Assembly: GCF_900170035.1 (NCBI RefSeq)
Contig: NZ_LT828551.1
Location: 104,163-168,162, forward strand
Source of the DNA: Desulfamplus magnetovallimortis
GTDB lineage: Bacteria > Desulfobacterota > Desulfobacteria > Desulfobacterales > Desulfobacteraceae
Reading direction: 5' to 3'
Length of the DNA stretch: 64,000 nucleotides
The notes under the pieces were generated by a model. That model was not told the origin of the DNA. It ran no database searches and worked only from the letters and a program-made list of their open reading frames with translations. This document shows, piece by piece, positions 19,842 through 29,400 of the stretch (position 1 is the first letter of the stretch; the number at the start of each line of letters is the position of its first letter). The translations under genes and the position numbers were made by a program.

Positions 19842-20576
19842 TTATTCAATCCCAAGCAGCTCCACCTCAAAAATCAATGTTGATCCTGGTGCAATGGAAC
19901 GTCCAGCTCCTCTGTCACCATAGGCAAGATCAGAAGGGATATAAAGCATCCATTTAGAACCCACGGTCATAAGCTGCAAGGCCTCAGTCCATCCCTTGAT
20001 AACTCCGTTGACCTTAAAAGATGCAGGTTCTCCCCTTTTGTAGGATGAATCAAATTCATTGCCGTCAATTGTGGTTCCTTTATAGTGGCACTTGACAGTA
20101 TCTGTGAGCTGGGGTTTTTCACCATCACCTTGAGTGATTACTTTGTACTGAAGCCCACTTTCCAGTGTAACAATACCATCTTTTCCCTTATTCTCTTTAA
20201 GGAATGCCTCTCCAGCTTCTTTGTTAGCTTCGGCAGATTCCTTCATTTGAGCCATCTGTTTCTCTTTCATTTTATTCTGAAAAGTCATCATTGTCTGCTG
20301 CATCTCTTCTTCAGAGAGGCTAGATTTCCCTTCGTGACTCTCTGTGATGCCTTTAAAAAACATGTCCAGATCAACTTCATAATCTCTTTTAAGATTCTGC
20401 CCTATATTATATCCAAGGGCATAACTTATTTTTTCCTGCTCGGTTTCCATCTTTTTTTCTTCCTTGTCCGCTGCAAAAACCTGGGCACCAGAACAAAGAA
20501 TAACTCCGGATGCAAGCAGTGCAAACGCTTTTTTTACATTAAACATTAAAATCCTCCTGAAAATTAATATAAACAA
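19842..20576 (-). CDS. FKBP-type peptidyl-prolyl cis-trans isomerase (periplasmic, FkpA/FklB-like)
   Basis: Signal peptide; C-terminal FKBP domain GVIKGWTEALQLMTVGSKWMLYIPSDLAYGDRGAG..IAPGSTLIFEVELLGI. Confidence 0.85.
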   Translation of the reverse strand: MFILIFRRILMFNVKKAFALLASGVILCSGAQVFAADKEEKKMETEQEKISYALGYNIGQNLKRDYEVDLDMFFKGITESHEGKSSLSEEEMQQTMMTFQNKMKEKQMAQMKESAEANKEAGEAFLKENKGKDGIVTLESGLQYKVITQGDGEKPQLTDTVKCHYKGTTIDGNEFDSSYKRGEPASFKVNGVIKGWTEALQLMTVGSKWMLYIPSDLAYGDRGAGRSIAPGSTLIFEVELLGIE

Positions 20577-20630
20577 ACTAAAACAACTTGGTATCAGATA
20601 TGTGCATTAATATCAATCATTGATTGATTG

Positions 20631-23600
20631 CTATTCAAGAATCAAAAATTCATACCGGTTTCTTCCGCCTTTTTTTGCCTGATAGAGAAGCTGATCTGCA
20701 AAATCCACAAGCTGTCTTGGAAAAAGAAGACGGGAAGGAACAACTGAAGCCACACCAAGGCTGACAGAGACATAATCAGAGACACTTGAATCCTCATGAA
20801 TCAATTTAAGAGCCTGGACATCATCAAGTATCCTTTTTGCAACTGCCTTGGCTCCAACCTCATCTGTATCTGGCAGAATCACTCCAAACTCTTCTCCACC
20901 GTATCGTGCAACAAAATCACTTGATCGTCCAGGCACACGGTGTAAAACCTCTGCAACTTTTTTCAAACACTCATCTCCGGAAAGGTGACCATAACGATCG
21001 TTGTATAATTTAAAATAGTCTATATCCATCATAATAAGTGTCAAATAGTGCTGATTTCTCTCGCAACGCTGCCACTCAGTCTCAAGAACCGCATCAAAAC
21101 GCCTTCTGTTGGGAATCTGTGTAAGACCGTCTATATAGGAAATGGCCTCAAGCTTTCTGTTGGCCTGTACAAACTCCTTGTTTATGGCTGTCAGCTTTCT
21201 ATTGTAACGAGTGATAGATACATGCCGATATATAAAAAATGCAATAATAAGGAGAAACGCTGTTCCAAATTGCCACAATACCGCATGATCAAGACCTTTT
21301 TGGTAGGTGACTCGAATCCAGTTATGAAAAAGATGATTTTTCTGCTCCTGAGTCATTGAGTTGCTTGCTTTTTCCATGATATCCAGAAGCATTTTATTAT
21401 CCTTGGAGACACCTGTTCTGAACTCAACCCTGTAAGGAACCTCACCGGATATTTTTAGATCAACCATCTGATTTAACTGAATATAATGAGCTATTTCCGG
21501 AGCAGTGGAGATAAGACCAAAGATCTTTTTTTCCTGTACCATGAAAAGTCCATCCGGAACACTATTAACTGCCACAAATTCAATGGCCGGATATTTCTTT
21601 ACCATTGTATAATAAAATGGGCTATTTTGGACAATACCGATCTTTTTTTTGGAAAGATTTTCAAGGGCACTTATAAAAACTGCCATGTTATCTGTTGCAA
21701 TTACAAGGGGATACTCAACATAAGGTGTTGTTATATTTATTCCAACAAGTTCACTGTCAGAAGTGTTTACAACAGATATGATATCACAATTACCTTTCTG
21801 CAGCTCCTTATTTGCAGCTTCAACAGAATCCATTACCTTCCATTTAAGAAAAAGCCCTGTCTTGCTGCATACAAGTTTATAGTAATCAGCAACAATTCCC
21901 TCATAGGTATTCTCTTCTGAAATATATTCATAAGGCATATTTAGAGGATCTATCACCCCTATGCACAACTGTTTTTTCTGCTCAAGATATCGTTTTTCTT
22001 CAATGGAAAGAGTGGTAATTTTCTCAAGGCCGTCAATTGTGCCTATCCATTTTGACACAAGAGCATCATACTGCTCTGAAGTAACATTTTCAATTGCCTT
22101 ATTAAGGATTGTTGCCATCACAGGCCAGTCATCTCTGACAGCTATCTGCAAAGGCAGATCATGGGAAAGCTCAATTTCCATGATCACTTTGATATCTGTC
22201 ATAAAGTGTTTCTTGAGGATATAATTGACCACCCCTAAGGTACCTACAAATCCATCAACCGTATCCATCTCAAGAAGATTCATCCCCTCTTCATTGTTCT
22301 TGACAATAATATATTCAGGGCCGGGATACTCATTCACAACAAGTTCTGTAGTACCATATCCTTCAGGAAGGGCAATTTTTTTGCCTTTCATATGGGAAAG
22401 GGATGGGTAGTTTTTCAGATTATTGTCTTTGGATACAAGTACTTTTGTGAGTTTCATGTAAGGTGGTGTAAATGTTAAAAACTTTTCTCTTTCCGCTGTT
22501 TTCCAGATACCTGGAAAAATATCAATCTCTTTTTGCTGCCCCATATTGAGAAGTTCCGGCCAGGTATAACCATTTATAAGCTCAAGTTCGATACCAATCA
22601 TCTCTCCTATCAGAGCAATATAATCCATTACAAAACCTGCTGGTTTGCCGTTCTCCATGTAATCAAAAGGGGGCCAGTCCATCTCATTTGCCACTCTTAT
22701 CACAGAGTTCTTTTCAAGAAAGAGCTTCTCATCAGGAGTGAGGGTAATTTTCTGTGATGGATAGATATTCCGATATCCCAGCCATTTTTTTTCAAGCTCA
22801 ATCAACTCTCCTGGTGTAAGTGACTCAAGACCCTTTTCAAGCATTTCATGCAAAATCGGCCAGTCATTTCTCACCATGATATGCAAAGCCTTCTTAAGAC
22901 CTCTGTCATACTCCTCAAACCATCCGGAAACTTTAAGTGAATCAAAATAGTGTTTTTCAAACATGAACTGGGCAACACCGGAAAGTTCAATTGCAGCATC
23001 TGCCTTGCCCTGTACAATTGCATGGAAAGCCTCCTCCATATTCCTGACGCTGAGAAGATCAATATCAGGGTAATATTTCCGTAGAAAACTTTCATATGCC
23101 CAACCCTTTGGTGCAACAATAATCTTTCCCTTGAGCTGATCTATGCTGCTGACAGGCTTTGAATACCTTGAAATTATAAAAACGGTTTTATCCCTGAAAT
23201 AGGGTCTGGTAAAAAGCCCAAGTTCCTCCCGCTCCTCATCTTTATATACAGACTGTAAAACATCAATTTCACCTTTTTTAAAAAGCTCCATCAACTCCAG
23301 CCACTGGTATCCATTAACATACTCCCATTCAATGCCAAGACGTTCCCCCAGAATGTTCAAAAGATCAATGCTGAAGCCAAAAGGCTGGCCTGATATAGCA
23401 AAATCAAAAGGCGGCCAGTCCATTTCGTTGCTTACCCTTATAACAGGATGTTCACGGAGAAACTGCTCTTCAGCTTCTGTCAGATTCAACCGCACAGTAT
23501 TACTATTATATCCATATAAAAGATCACCTGAACAAAATATAAGATCTCCTGAACAACATATGAAAAAAACAAAGCAGAGCCGAACAAAAAAACCAGCGAT

Positions 23601-23804
23601 CCCATTTTTGTATAGTGAAAAAAAACTACTCATCACATTTTTCCTCAGAAAAGAGAATTTTCCAGTCCTGTTTTTATGCAGAATAGAGAGCTCACCCATT
23701 TCATGTATATATAAAGGAGAGTATTTACCCATCACAAGATTTTCAGTCCTTAAATGTTTTAATTTTGACGGCAGGTTATTATTTGCAGAAATTCGCAATA
23801 ACAT
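20631..23804 (-). CDS. Diguanylate cyclase (GGDEF) with four tandem periplasmic SBP-family-3 domains and one TM helix
   Basis: Repeated ...WPPFDF.../ALP.GY motifs; TM FGTAFLLIIAFFIY; GGDEF RYGGEEFGVILPDT. Confidence 0.85.
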   Translation of the reverse strand: MLLRISANNNLPSKLKHLRTENLVMGKYSPLYIHEMGELSILHKNRTGKFSFLRKNVMSSFFSLYKNGIAGFFVRLCFVFFICCSGDLIFCSGDLLYGYNSNTVRLNLTEAEEQFLREHPVIRVSNEMDWPPFDFAISGQPFGFSIDLLNILGERLGIEWEYVNGYQWLELMELFKKGEIDVLQSVYKDEEREELGLFTRPYFRDKTVFIISRYSKPVSSIDQLKGKIIVAPKGWAYESFLRKYYPDIDLLSVRNMEEAFHAIVQGKADAAIELSGVAQFMFEKHYFDSLKVSGWFEEYDRGLKKALHIMVRNDWPILHEMLEKGLESLTPGELIELEKKWLGYRNIYPSQKITLTPDEKLFLEKNSVIRVANEMDWPPFDYMENGKPAGFVMDYIALIGEMIGIELELINGYTWPELLNMGQQKEIDIFPGIWKTAEREKFLTFTPPYMKLTKVLVSKDNNLKNYPSLSHMKGKKIALPEGYGTTELVVNEYPGPEYIIVKNNEEGMNLLEMDTVDGFVGTLGVVNYILKKHFMTDIKVIMEIELSHDLPLQIAVRDDWPVMATILNKAIENVTSEQYDALVSKWIGTIDGLEKITTLSIEEKRYLEQKKQLCIGVIDPLNMPYEYISEENTYEGIVADYYKLVCSKTGLFLKWKVMDSVEAANKELQKGNCDIISVVNTSDSELVGINITTPYVEYPLVIATDNMAVFISALENLSKKKIGIVQNSPFYYTMVKKYPAIEFVAVNSVPDGLFMVQEKKIFGLISTAPEIAHYIQLNQMVDLKISGEVPYRVEFRTGVSKDNKMLLDIMEKASNSMTQEQKNHLFHNWIRVTYQKGLDHAVLWQFGTAFLLIIAFFIYRHVSITRYNRKLTAINKEFVQANRKLEAISYIDGLTQIPNRRRFDAVLETEWQRCERNQHYLTLIMMDIDYFKLYNDRYGHLSGDECLKKVAEVLHRVPGRSSDFVARYGGEEFGVILPDTDEVGAKAVAKRILDDVQALKLIHEDSSVSDYVSVSLGVASVVPSRLLFPRQLVDFADQLLYQAKKGGRNRYEFLILE

Positions 23805-23950
23805 ATTTTAATAAAAAAATACAAATGAAATTAATAAAAAAATACAAATGAGAAAAACAGATATTCTTAATATCCACCATTGTGATGCTCTTTTAGGAAT
23901 GGTTTTGTTCAAGCAGTTTTCCATTAGACAATCAAAACATTGAAAGAACA

Positions 23951-24571
23951 TTAAGGATTCTCATGATGTTGATGCAGCAGAAAACCAAGCCATCTCTCAT
24001 CAGTTCCAAGCGCTGATGAGCTGACTGAAAAAGAGCATATTTTAAAACCTGCCTTTTGAAACAAAATGTCAAGCTCTTCAGGTTGCCAGAGATAGAAATT
24101 TCTGCCAGTATCATCACTGAACATTCCGGTTCCCTTTTTCATGGAAATATAGACTATTCCATTTTTTTTTATCCCTTGTGCAACATTTCTTAACACATTA
24201 CAGACTTTGTCAGGAGCCAGGTGAACAAGTGCAGCAATGAGAAGAATACCATCTGCCGATAATCTTGAAAAATCAAAATTTTCAAAATCACCAACAACAA
24301 CATCACACCCTGAAATCTTCCTTGCCATTAATGCAAGGTCAAATGAGTACTCAAGACCAGTGCAATGAAAACCCCTTTGCTTAAGCCATAAAAGGTCTCT
24401 TCCTGATCCACACCCGATATCCCACACTGATCTGTTTATTTTACAGTTTACATCTGTTATATCCCTGTTTTTTTTCATGCATCTGACAAAAGGCTCCAGA
24501 AATGGTGCGGGATCAATAGACACTGTCTTTTTAAAATATGTATGATAATTTTGCTGGTAGTATCTTTTCAC
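23951..24571 (-). CDS. Class I SAM-dependent methyltransferase
   Basis: Motif I VWDIGCGSGRDLLWL; post-I acidic residue; overall MTase fold length. Confidence 0.75.
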   Translation of the reverse strand: MKRYYQQNYHTYFKKTVSIDPAPFLEPFVRCMKKNRDITDVNCKINRSVWDIGCGSGRDLLWLKQRGFHCTGLEYSFDLALMARKISGCDVVVGDFENFDFSRLSADGILLIAALVHLAPDKVCNVLRNVAQGIKKNGIVYISMKKGTGMFSDDTGRNFYLWQPEELDILFQKAGFKICSFSVSSSALGTDERWLGFLLHQHHENP

Positions 24572-24663
24572 ATCGCCTCAGAATCTTACATTAACTAAGA
24601 ATTCCTGGTTTTAAACAATTGACAAAAGAACTCACCATGGGATAGTTGCTATTGTTCTTTTAA

Positions 24664-24748
24664 GGTTTGATTGTCGGGTAAAAAATGCCTTGAACCTTTG
24701 AAAAGCCTTAAAAGTCACCCGACAGTTTAAACTTGAAGAAGCACTATT
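24664..24748. repeat. Conserved hairpin element copy B (see 11531-11614), located in the divergent promoter region of the methyltransferase and FmdE genes
   Basis: ggtttgattgtcgggtaaaaa...tcacccgacagtttaaacttgaagaagcactatt. Confidence 0.65.
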
Positions 24749-24784
24749 GAGTTTGAAAAACAGAAATTAAGGAGGAACAAAAAA

Positions 24785-25402
24785 ATGAGCTGCACCATCA
24801 ATCAGGAACTCATCGACAAAACAATTGAATTCCACGGCCACACATGCCCAGGACTTGCCATCGGCATCAGGCTTTCAGAGCTTGCAATGACACGCCTTGA
24901 CATCCACAATGCATCAGCCAAGGTTTGTGTGGCAGAAACAGATATGTGCGCACTTGATGCTGTACAATTTCTCACCGGCTGCTCCATCGGCAAGGGGAAC
25001 CTGATTCATAGGGATTATGGCAAATCCGGTTTTACATTTTTCAACAGAGACACAGGGAAAGGATTCAGGGCACTTTTCAGAGAAGATTTCCGAAGCAGCG
25101 ATCCGCACAAGGAAGAGGTTACTTCTTTAATGAAAAAGATATCTTCAAACCAGGCAACAGAAGAAGAGAAAAGAGCATGTGAAGCCCACAGAAAAGATGC
25201 CATAAAAAGGGTTATGAATGCAAAGCTGGAATCTCTTTTTACAGTCAGCGAGATATCCGAGCCACCAGTAAGACCGGCAAAAATTCTTCAAAGCATAGAG
25301 TGTGAAGAGTGCAGGGAGATGACAATGGAGTCGCGTATCCGTCGTTTTGACGGTCGTTATCTTTGCATTCCATGCTTCATAAAACACGAACAAAAAATTT
25401 AA
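24785..25402 (+). CDS. FmdE/FwdE-family protein with C-terminal zinc ribbon
   Basis: EFHGHTCPGLAIGIR...C.LDAVQFLTGCSIGKGNL; C-terminal CEECREM...CIPC. Confidence 0.75.
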   Translation: MSCTINQELIDKTIEFHGHTCPGLAIGIRLSELAMTRLDIHNASAKVCVAETDMCALDAVQFLTGCSIGKGNLIHRDYGKSGFTFFNRDTGKGFRALFREDFRSSDPHKEEVTSLMKKISSNQATEEEKRACEAHRKDAIKRVMNAKLESLFTVSEISEPPVRPAKILQSIECEECREMTMESRIRRFDGRYLCIPCFIKHEQKI

Positions 25403-25453
25403 TCTTGTATAGGAATCGGTTGTTAGTAACTTGCCCGTTTAACTCACCCCCAG

Positions 25454-25481
25454 CTCCCCCCAAAGACTTACGAGGGGGGAG
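25454..25481. terminator. C-run/G-run hairpin ctcccccc-N12-ggggggag between convergent fmdE-like and aroB genes (possible bidirectional terminator)
   Basis: Read directly; no clean U-tract. Confidence 0.3.
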
Positions 25482-25509
25482 AAAGGGAAAGTTATTTTGG
25501 ATTCATTCA

Positions 25510-26526
25510 TTAAAGGAGTTTTTCAAGTTCTTCAAAACTCATCTTCTCCACCACACTTTGACCGATACCATTCAAAAAAACAAAACTTATATGGTTGCCC
25601 TGCTTCTTCTTGTCCCTGAACATGGCATCCATTATCTTTTCCGGCGACTCTTTATGTGATACCGGCAGCTTCAGGGCATCAAGAAGGCTTTTGATCCTAT
25701 TGCAGTCGCTTTCATCGAGATATCCCCGTCTGCGTGAAAATTCAGCGGCTGCCACCATACCTATACTTACAGCCTTTCCATGCCCCATACCAGTCAGTTT
25801 TTCCAGGGCATGGCCAAGGGTGTGTCCAAAATTTAGTTTTTTACGCTCACCTGCTTCACGTTCATCCCGCTGCACAACCCCTGCCTTTAAACGGACAGAA
25901 TCCAGAACAAGACGTGATATGACATCCTTGTCAAGGGACAATGCTTTTTCAACATTGTCTTCAATAAAAGCAACCATTTCTGCATCTGCTATAAGCCCGT
26001 GCTTTACAATTTCGGCAAAACCGTTGGAGACCTCCTCCGGAGGCAGGGTTGGAAGCATCAAAGGATCACATATTACAAATTCCGGCTGGCAGAAAACACC
26101 AACCATGTTCTTGTATGCATCAAGATTTACGCCATTTTTTCCTCCCACACTTGCATCCACCTGGGATAAAAGTGTTGTTGAAACAAACCCAAACCTTAAC
26201 CCACGCATGTAGGTTGATGCCACAAATCCGGTAATATCACATACAATCCCCCCACCAATACCAAGAATAAAGGTTGAGCGATCAGCTCCAAGTTCAATGA
26301 GTTCCCTGAAAATCTTTTCAACTGTGGCAAGGGTTTTTATACCTTCACCAATGCCAATAGTTATTACAGGAGCATCGGGAAACATGGCTCCATGATATTG
26401 CCTTACCACCTGATCTGTGATGATGATGCATTGTACATCCGGCAAATATTTTTTGACATTTTGCAGTTGCTCTCCCACATGAATATGGGAAAGCCCCCCG
26501 GCACCCTGCACTTCAACTGTTTTCAC
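25510..26526 (-). CDS. aroB: 3-dehydroquinate synthase
   Basis: GGGIVCDITGFVASTYMRG..F..VSTTLLSQVDASVGGKNGVN is characteristic of DHQ synthase. Confidence 0.85.
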   Translation of the reverse strand: MKTVEVQGAGGLSHIHVGEQLQNVKKYLPDVQCIIITDQVVRQYHGAMFPDAPVITIGIGEGIKTLATVEKIFRELIELGADRSTFILGIGGGIVCDITGFVASTYMRGLRFGFVSTTLLSQVDASVGGKNGVNLDAYKNMVGVFCQPEFVICDPLMLPTLPPEEVSNGFAEIVKHGLIADAEMVAFIEDNVEKALSLDKDVISRLVLDSVRLKAGVVQRDEREAGERKKLNFGHTLGHALEKLTGMGHGKAVSIGMVAAAEFSRRRGYLDESDCNRIKSLLDALKLPVSHKESPEKIMDAMFRDKKKQGNHISFVFLNGIGQSVVEKMSFEELEKLL

Positions 26527-26550
26527 AATATCTCTCCTGTTGCAAGATGC

Positions 26551-27570
26551 CTATTCCCAAGACAGATCACCTGAAATGGCATGAATCTGATTAATCTTCT
26601 GCATCAGCTTTTCAAACTGGTCTGGATAGAGCGACTGAGCACCGTCACTTACTGCCTCATCTGGTATATGATGCACCTCTATCATCATGCCGTCGCAGCC
26701 AACTGCTGCCGAAGCCCTGGCAAGTGGAATAACCTGATCCCTTACACCAGCAGCATGGCTTGGATCAATTACAAGGGGCAGATGAGTCTCTTTTTTAGCT
26801 GCCGGAACCACGGAAAGATCAAGTGTATTTCTGCTGTGACGGACAAATGTTCTTATTCCCCGTTCACAAAGAATAACCTGCTCATTGCCCTCTTCCATTA
26901 TATATTCAGCAGCCATGAGCCACTCCTGAAGAAGAGCTGACATACCACGCTTGAGCATAACAGGTCGCCCTGATTTGCCGGCACGTTTAAGAAGGCTGAA
27001 ATTCTGCATGTTCCTGGTACCTATCTGTACCACATCTGCGTACTCTTCCACAATGTCAAAGTTTTCAACATCCATAACTTCAGTTACCACAGGAAGCCCT
27101 GTCTCCTCTCTTACCTTTGCAAGTATCTCAAGACCCTCCTTGCCCATGCCCTGAAAAGAGTAGGGAGATGTTCTTGGCTTAAATGCTCCGCCCCTGAACA
27201 TAACAGCTCCTGCCTTTTTAACTGCCCTTGCAATCACAAGACACTGCTCCTCACTCTCCACAGCGCAAGGCCCTGCAATTACAGGCATGGAACCATCTCC
27301 AAATGCCACATTTCCAACCCTTACAACTGTATTCTCATTTTTAACCTCTCGGCTTACCAGCTTATAGGGTTTTGTCACCGGAATAACCTCCTTTACACCA
27401 GAAAGCCCCAGAAAATGGCCAGCATCCACCGAGCCCTTGTTATGCAAAATCCCTATGGAGACCCTGTCTCCACCAGGTATGGGACGTGCTGTGTAACCTC
27501 TTTTTTCAGCGGCATTAACAACACCCTGAACGCTCTCCTCTGTTGCACCTTTTTTCATAACGATCAGCAT
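26551..27570 (-). CDS. 3-deoxy-7-phosphoheptulonate (DAHP) synthase, type I-beta with N-terminal regulatory domain
   Basis: MPVIAGPCAVESEEQ...FRGGAFKPRTSPYSFQGMG.EGL is the DAHP/KDO8P synthase core; the N-terminal ~70 aa is an extra domain. Confidence 0.85.
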   Translation of the reverse strand: MLIVMKKGATEESVQGVVNAAEKRGYTARPIPGGDRVSIGILHNKGSVDAGHFLGLSGVKEVIPVTKPYKLVSREVKNENTVVRVGNVAFGDGSMPVIAGPCAVESEEQCLVIARAVKKAGAVMFRGGAFKPRTSPYSFQGMGKEGLEILAKVREETGLPVVTEVMDVENFDIVEEYADVVQIGTRNMQNFSLLKRAGKSGRPVMLKRGMSALLQEWLMAAEYIMEEGNEQVILCERGIRTFVRHSRNTLDLSVVPAAKKETHLPLVIDPSHAAGVRDQVIPLARASAAVGCDGMMIEVHHIPDEAVSDGAQSLYPDQFEKLMQKINQIHAISGDLSWE

Positions 27571-27734
27571 TTTTTATCTCCTGCTGCAGTTTGTTTCTTT
27601 TTCAATATTTGACTTCAAACCCGTTGAGTGTACCTTTTTTTGAATATCCGACATAAATCGTTGCTATGTAACCTCTCCCCCCGGCCCCCTTTCCATGACT
27701 GGAGAGGGGGGGAAATAGTTCAAAAGGGATACAC

Positions 27735-29210
27735 TTAAACCCGTTTTACAACCCTGTTCCTGCCCTGCTCCTTTGCCATGTAAAGTGCCTTGTCAGCCCT
27801 TGATACAATTGAATCTTCTTCCCTGTCATCCAGAAGATTCCACTGACTTACTCCAAGGCTAACTGTAAAGACAAGTTCAGTTCCCAACCATGAAAATCGG
27901 GTATCTTCAACCTTTTTTCTGATCTTTTCAGCCAGATTGACAGCATCATCCAGTCTGCACTCCTTTAAAAGCAGAATAAACTCCTCTCCACCCCACCTGC
28001 AAAGCAGATCAGAGTCCCGAAGAACTGTTCTTGTCACAGACGCAAGATGTCTTAAAACCGCATCACCTGCAATATGACCATGTGTATCATTAATCAACTT
28101 GAAATGGTCAATATCCATCATAACAACTGAAAAAGGAATAAATCTACGATGTACTTCTTTTATCATCTCTGTGAACAGAATGGAGAAAGCCTGGCGATTA
28201 TAGATACCTGTAAGCTTGTCAAGTGTTGCCATCTCCTCCAGCTTTTGCTGATATGCAGAGATGGTTAAATGAATCATAAATAAAACAACAGATGTTATCA
28301 GAACACAGACAATAACATTAAAAAATAAAGTTACTACTATTCCTTTCAACGCCTTGGTTTCGGACTGCTCCACAAAAAGATGCCAACCAAACTCCGGAAT
28401 ATGACGAGTATTAAGCAGAAAGGAGTGGCCATCTTTTTTATAGTGGAATGAGTTCCCGCTGGTGGAAAGAATCTCCATTGCAAGGGGGGCAATACCCTCA
28501 ATATCAGAAATATTTTTCAGATCACTGGAAAAACCTGAACCATAAAGAACAATGATTCCGTTCTCGTCAACGAAAAAAATTTTCCTTTCAAATTTGTCCT
28601 GATATTTTTCTATCAACTGTTTGACAGCATATACTGTTAAACCTACGCCTGTGGCACCGATATAGTTTCCGTCATAATCATATACACGATAATTGATAAA
28701 GATAGTCATGGTATCATGATTGGCCATATCAGTATCCACATTTATCTCATAATCTGAAGGCATATCCCTGACTCTGAAATACCACTTATCTCTTTCATCA
28801 TCACTTGAAACAGTCTTCAAAATTCCCCCGGACTGGTAGTATATTCCTGTTTTTTCCGAGACAAAAAAGCTTGTCACTGTTCCATAGCGAACCTTAATTT
28901 CCTTAAGATAACGCACTATTTTTTTTGTATCATTCTCACCTGATATCACCCAGTCACGCAAAAAAGTATCAGATGCCATAAGTGATGATATAAAAACAGG
29001 CTGAAGAAGATCACGCTGTATCTCAGAATAGATATTATCACTGGTCAGAGGAAGTTCATTCTGCATAATTTCCTCACGCAGTGATGCCCTTGAGACAAAA
29101 TAACTGGCAAGGCTTGTGAGAAGAAAGCCTGTTGAAAGCATAAGAGTTAAAATAATAATCAGGCGAATTTTTCTCTTCTGCATTGGATATTCAATAGTAC
29201 CCTTATTCAT
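27735..29210 (-). CDS. Diguanylate cyclase (GGDEF) with periplasmic Cache-like sensor domain
   Basis: Two TM segments flank an approximately 250 aa periplasmic domain; RWGGEEFILLL GGDEF motif. Confidence 0.85.
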   Translation of the reverse strand: MNKGTIEYPMQKRKIRLIIILTLMLSTGFLLTSLASYFVSRASLREEIMQNELPLTSDNIYSEIQRDLLQPVFISSLMASDTFLRDWVISGENDTKKIVRYLKEIKVRYGTVTSFFVSEKTGIYYQSGGILKTVSSDDERDKWYFRVRDMPSDYEINVDTDMANHDTMTIFINYRVYDYDGNYIGATGVGLTVYAVKQLIEKYQDKFERKIFFVDENGIIVLYGSGFSSDLKNISDIEGIAPLAMEILSTSGNSFHYKKDGHSFLLNTRHIPEFGWHLFVEQSETKALKGIVVTLFFNVIVCVLITSVVLFMIHLTISAYQQKLEEMATLDKLTGIYNRQAFSILFTEMIKEVHRRFIPFSVVMMDIDHFKLINDTHGHIAGDAVLRHLASVTRTVLRDSDLLCRWGGEEFILLLKECRLDDAVNLAEKIRKKVEDTRFSWLGTELVFTVSLGVSQWNLLDDREEDSIVSRADKALYMAKEQGRNRVVKRV

Positions 29211-29400
29211 TTCATGTAACTTTCACAATTTACAGAGTCGTTTTAGTTTTGATTTAGAATCACATATGGATGCAGTTTATCATAAAAACATTACCACATA
29301 ATCAAACCCTATGAAAAGCCTTGAATTTATCTATACCCAAAGATATATTCAAATTTTATAGATTCATCAATGGAAACCTGTCACACCATGAAGAAAGGAG

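Noticed and set aside
27669-27708. ctctcccccc ... gagagggggg looked like a strong hairpin
   Set aside because: The arms are largely mirror (complement but not reverse-complement) repeats. Only a 7-bp true stem (cctctcc/ggagagg) can form, so it is reported only as a weak member of the C/G-run motif set.
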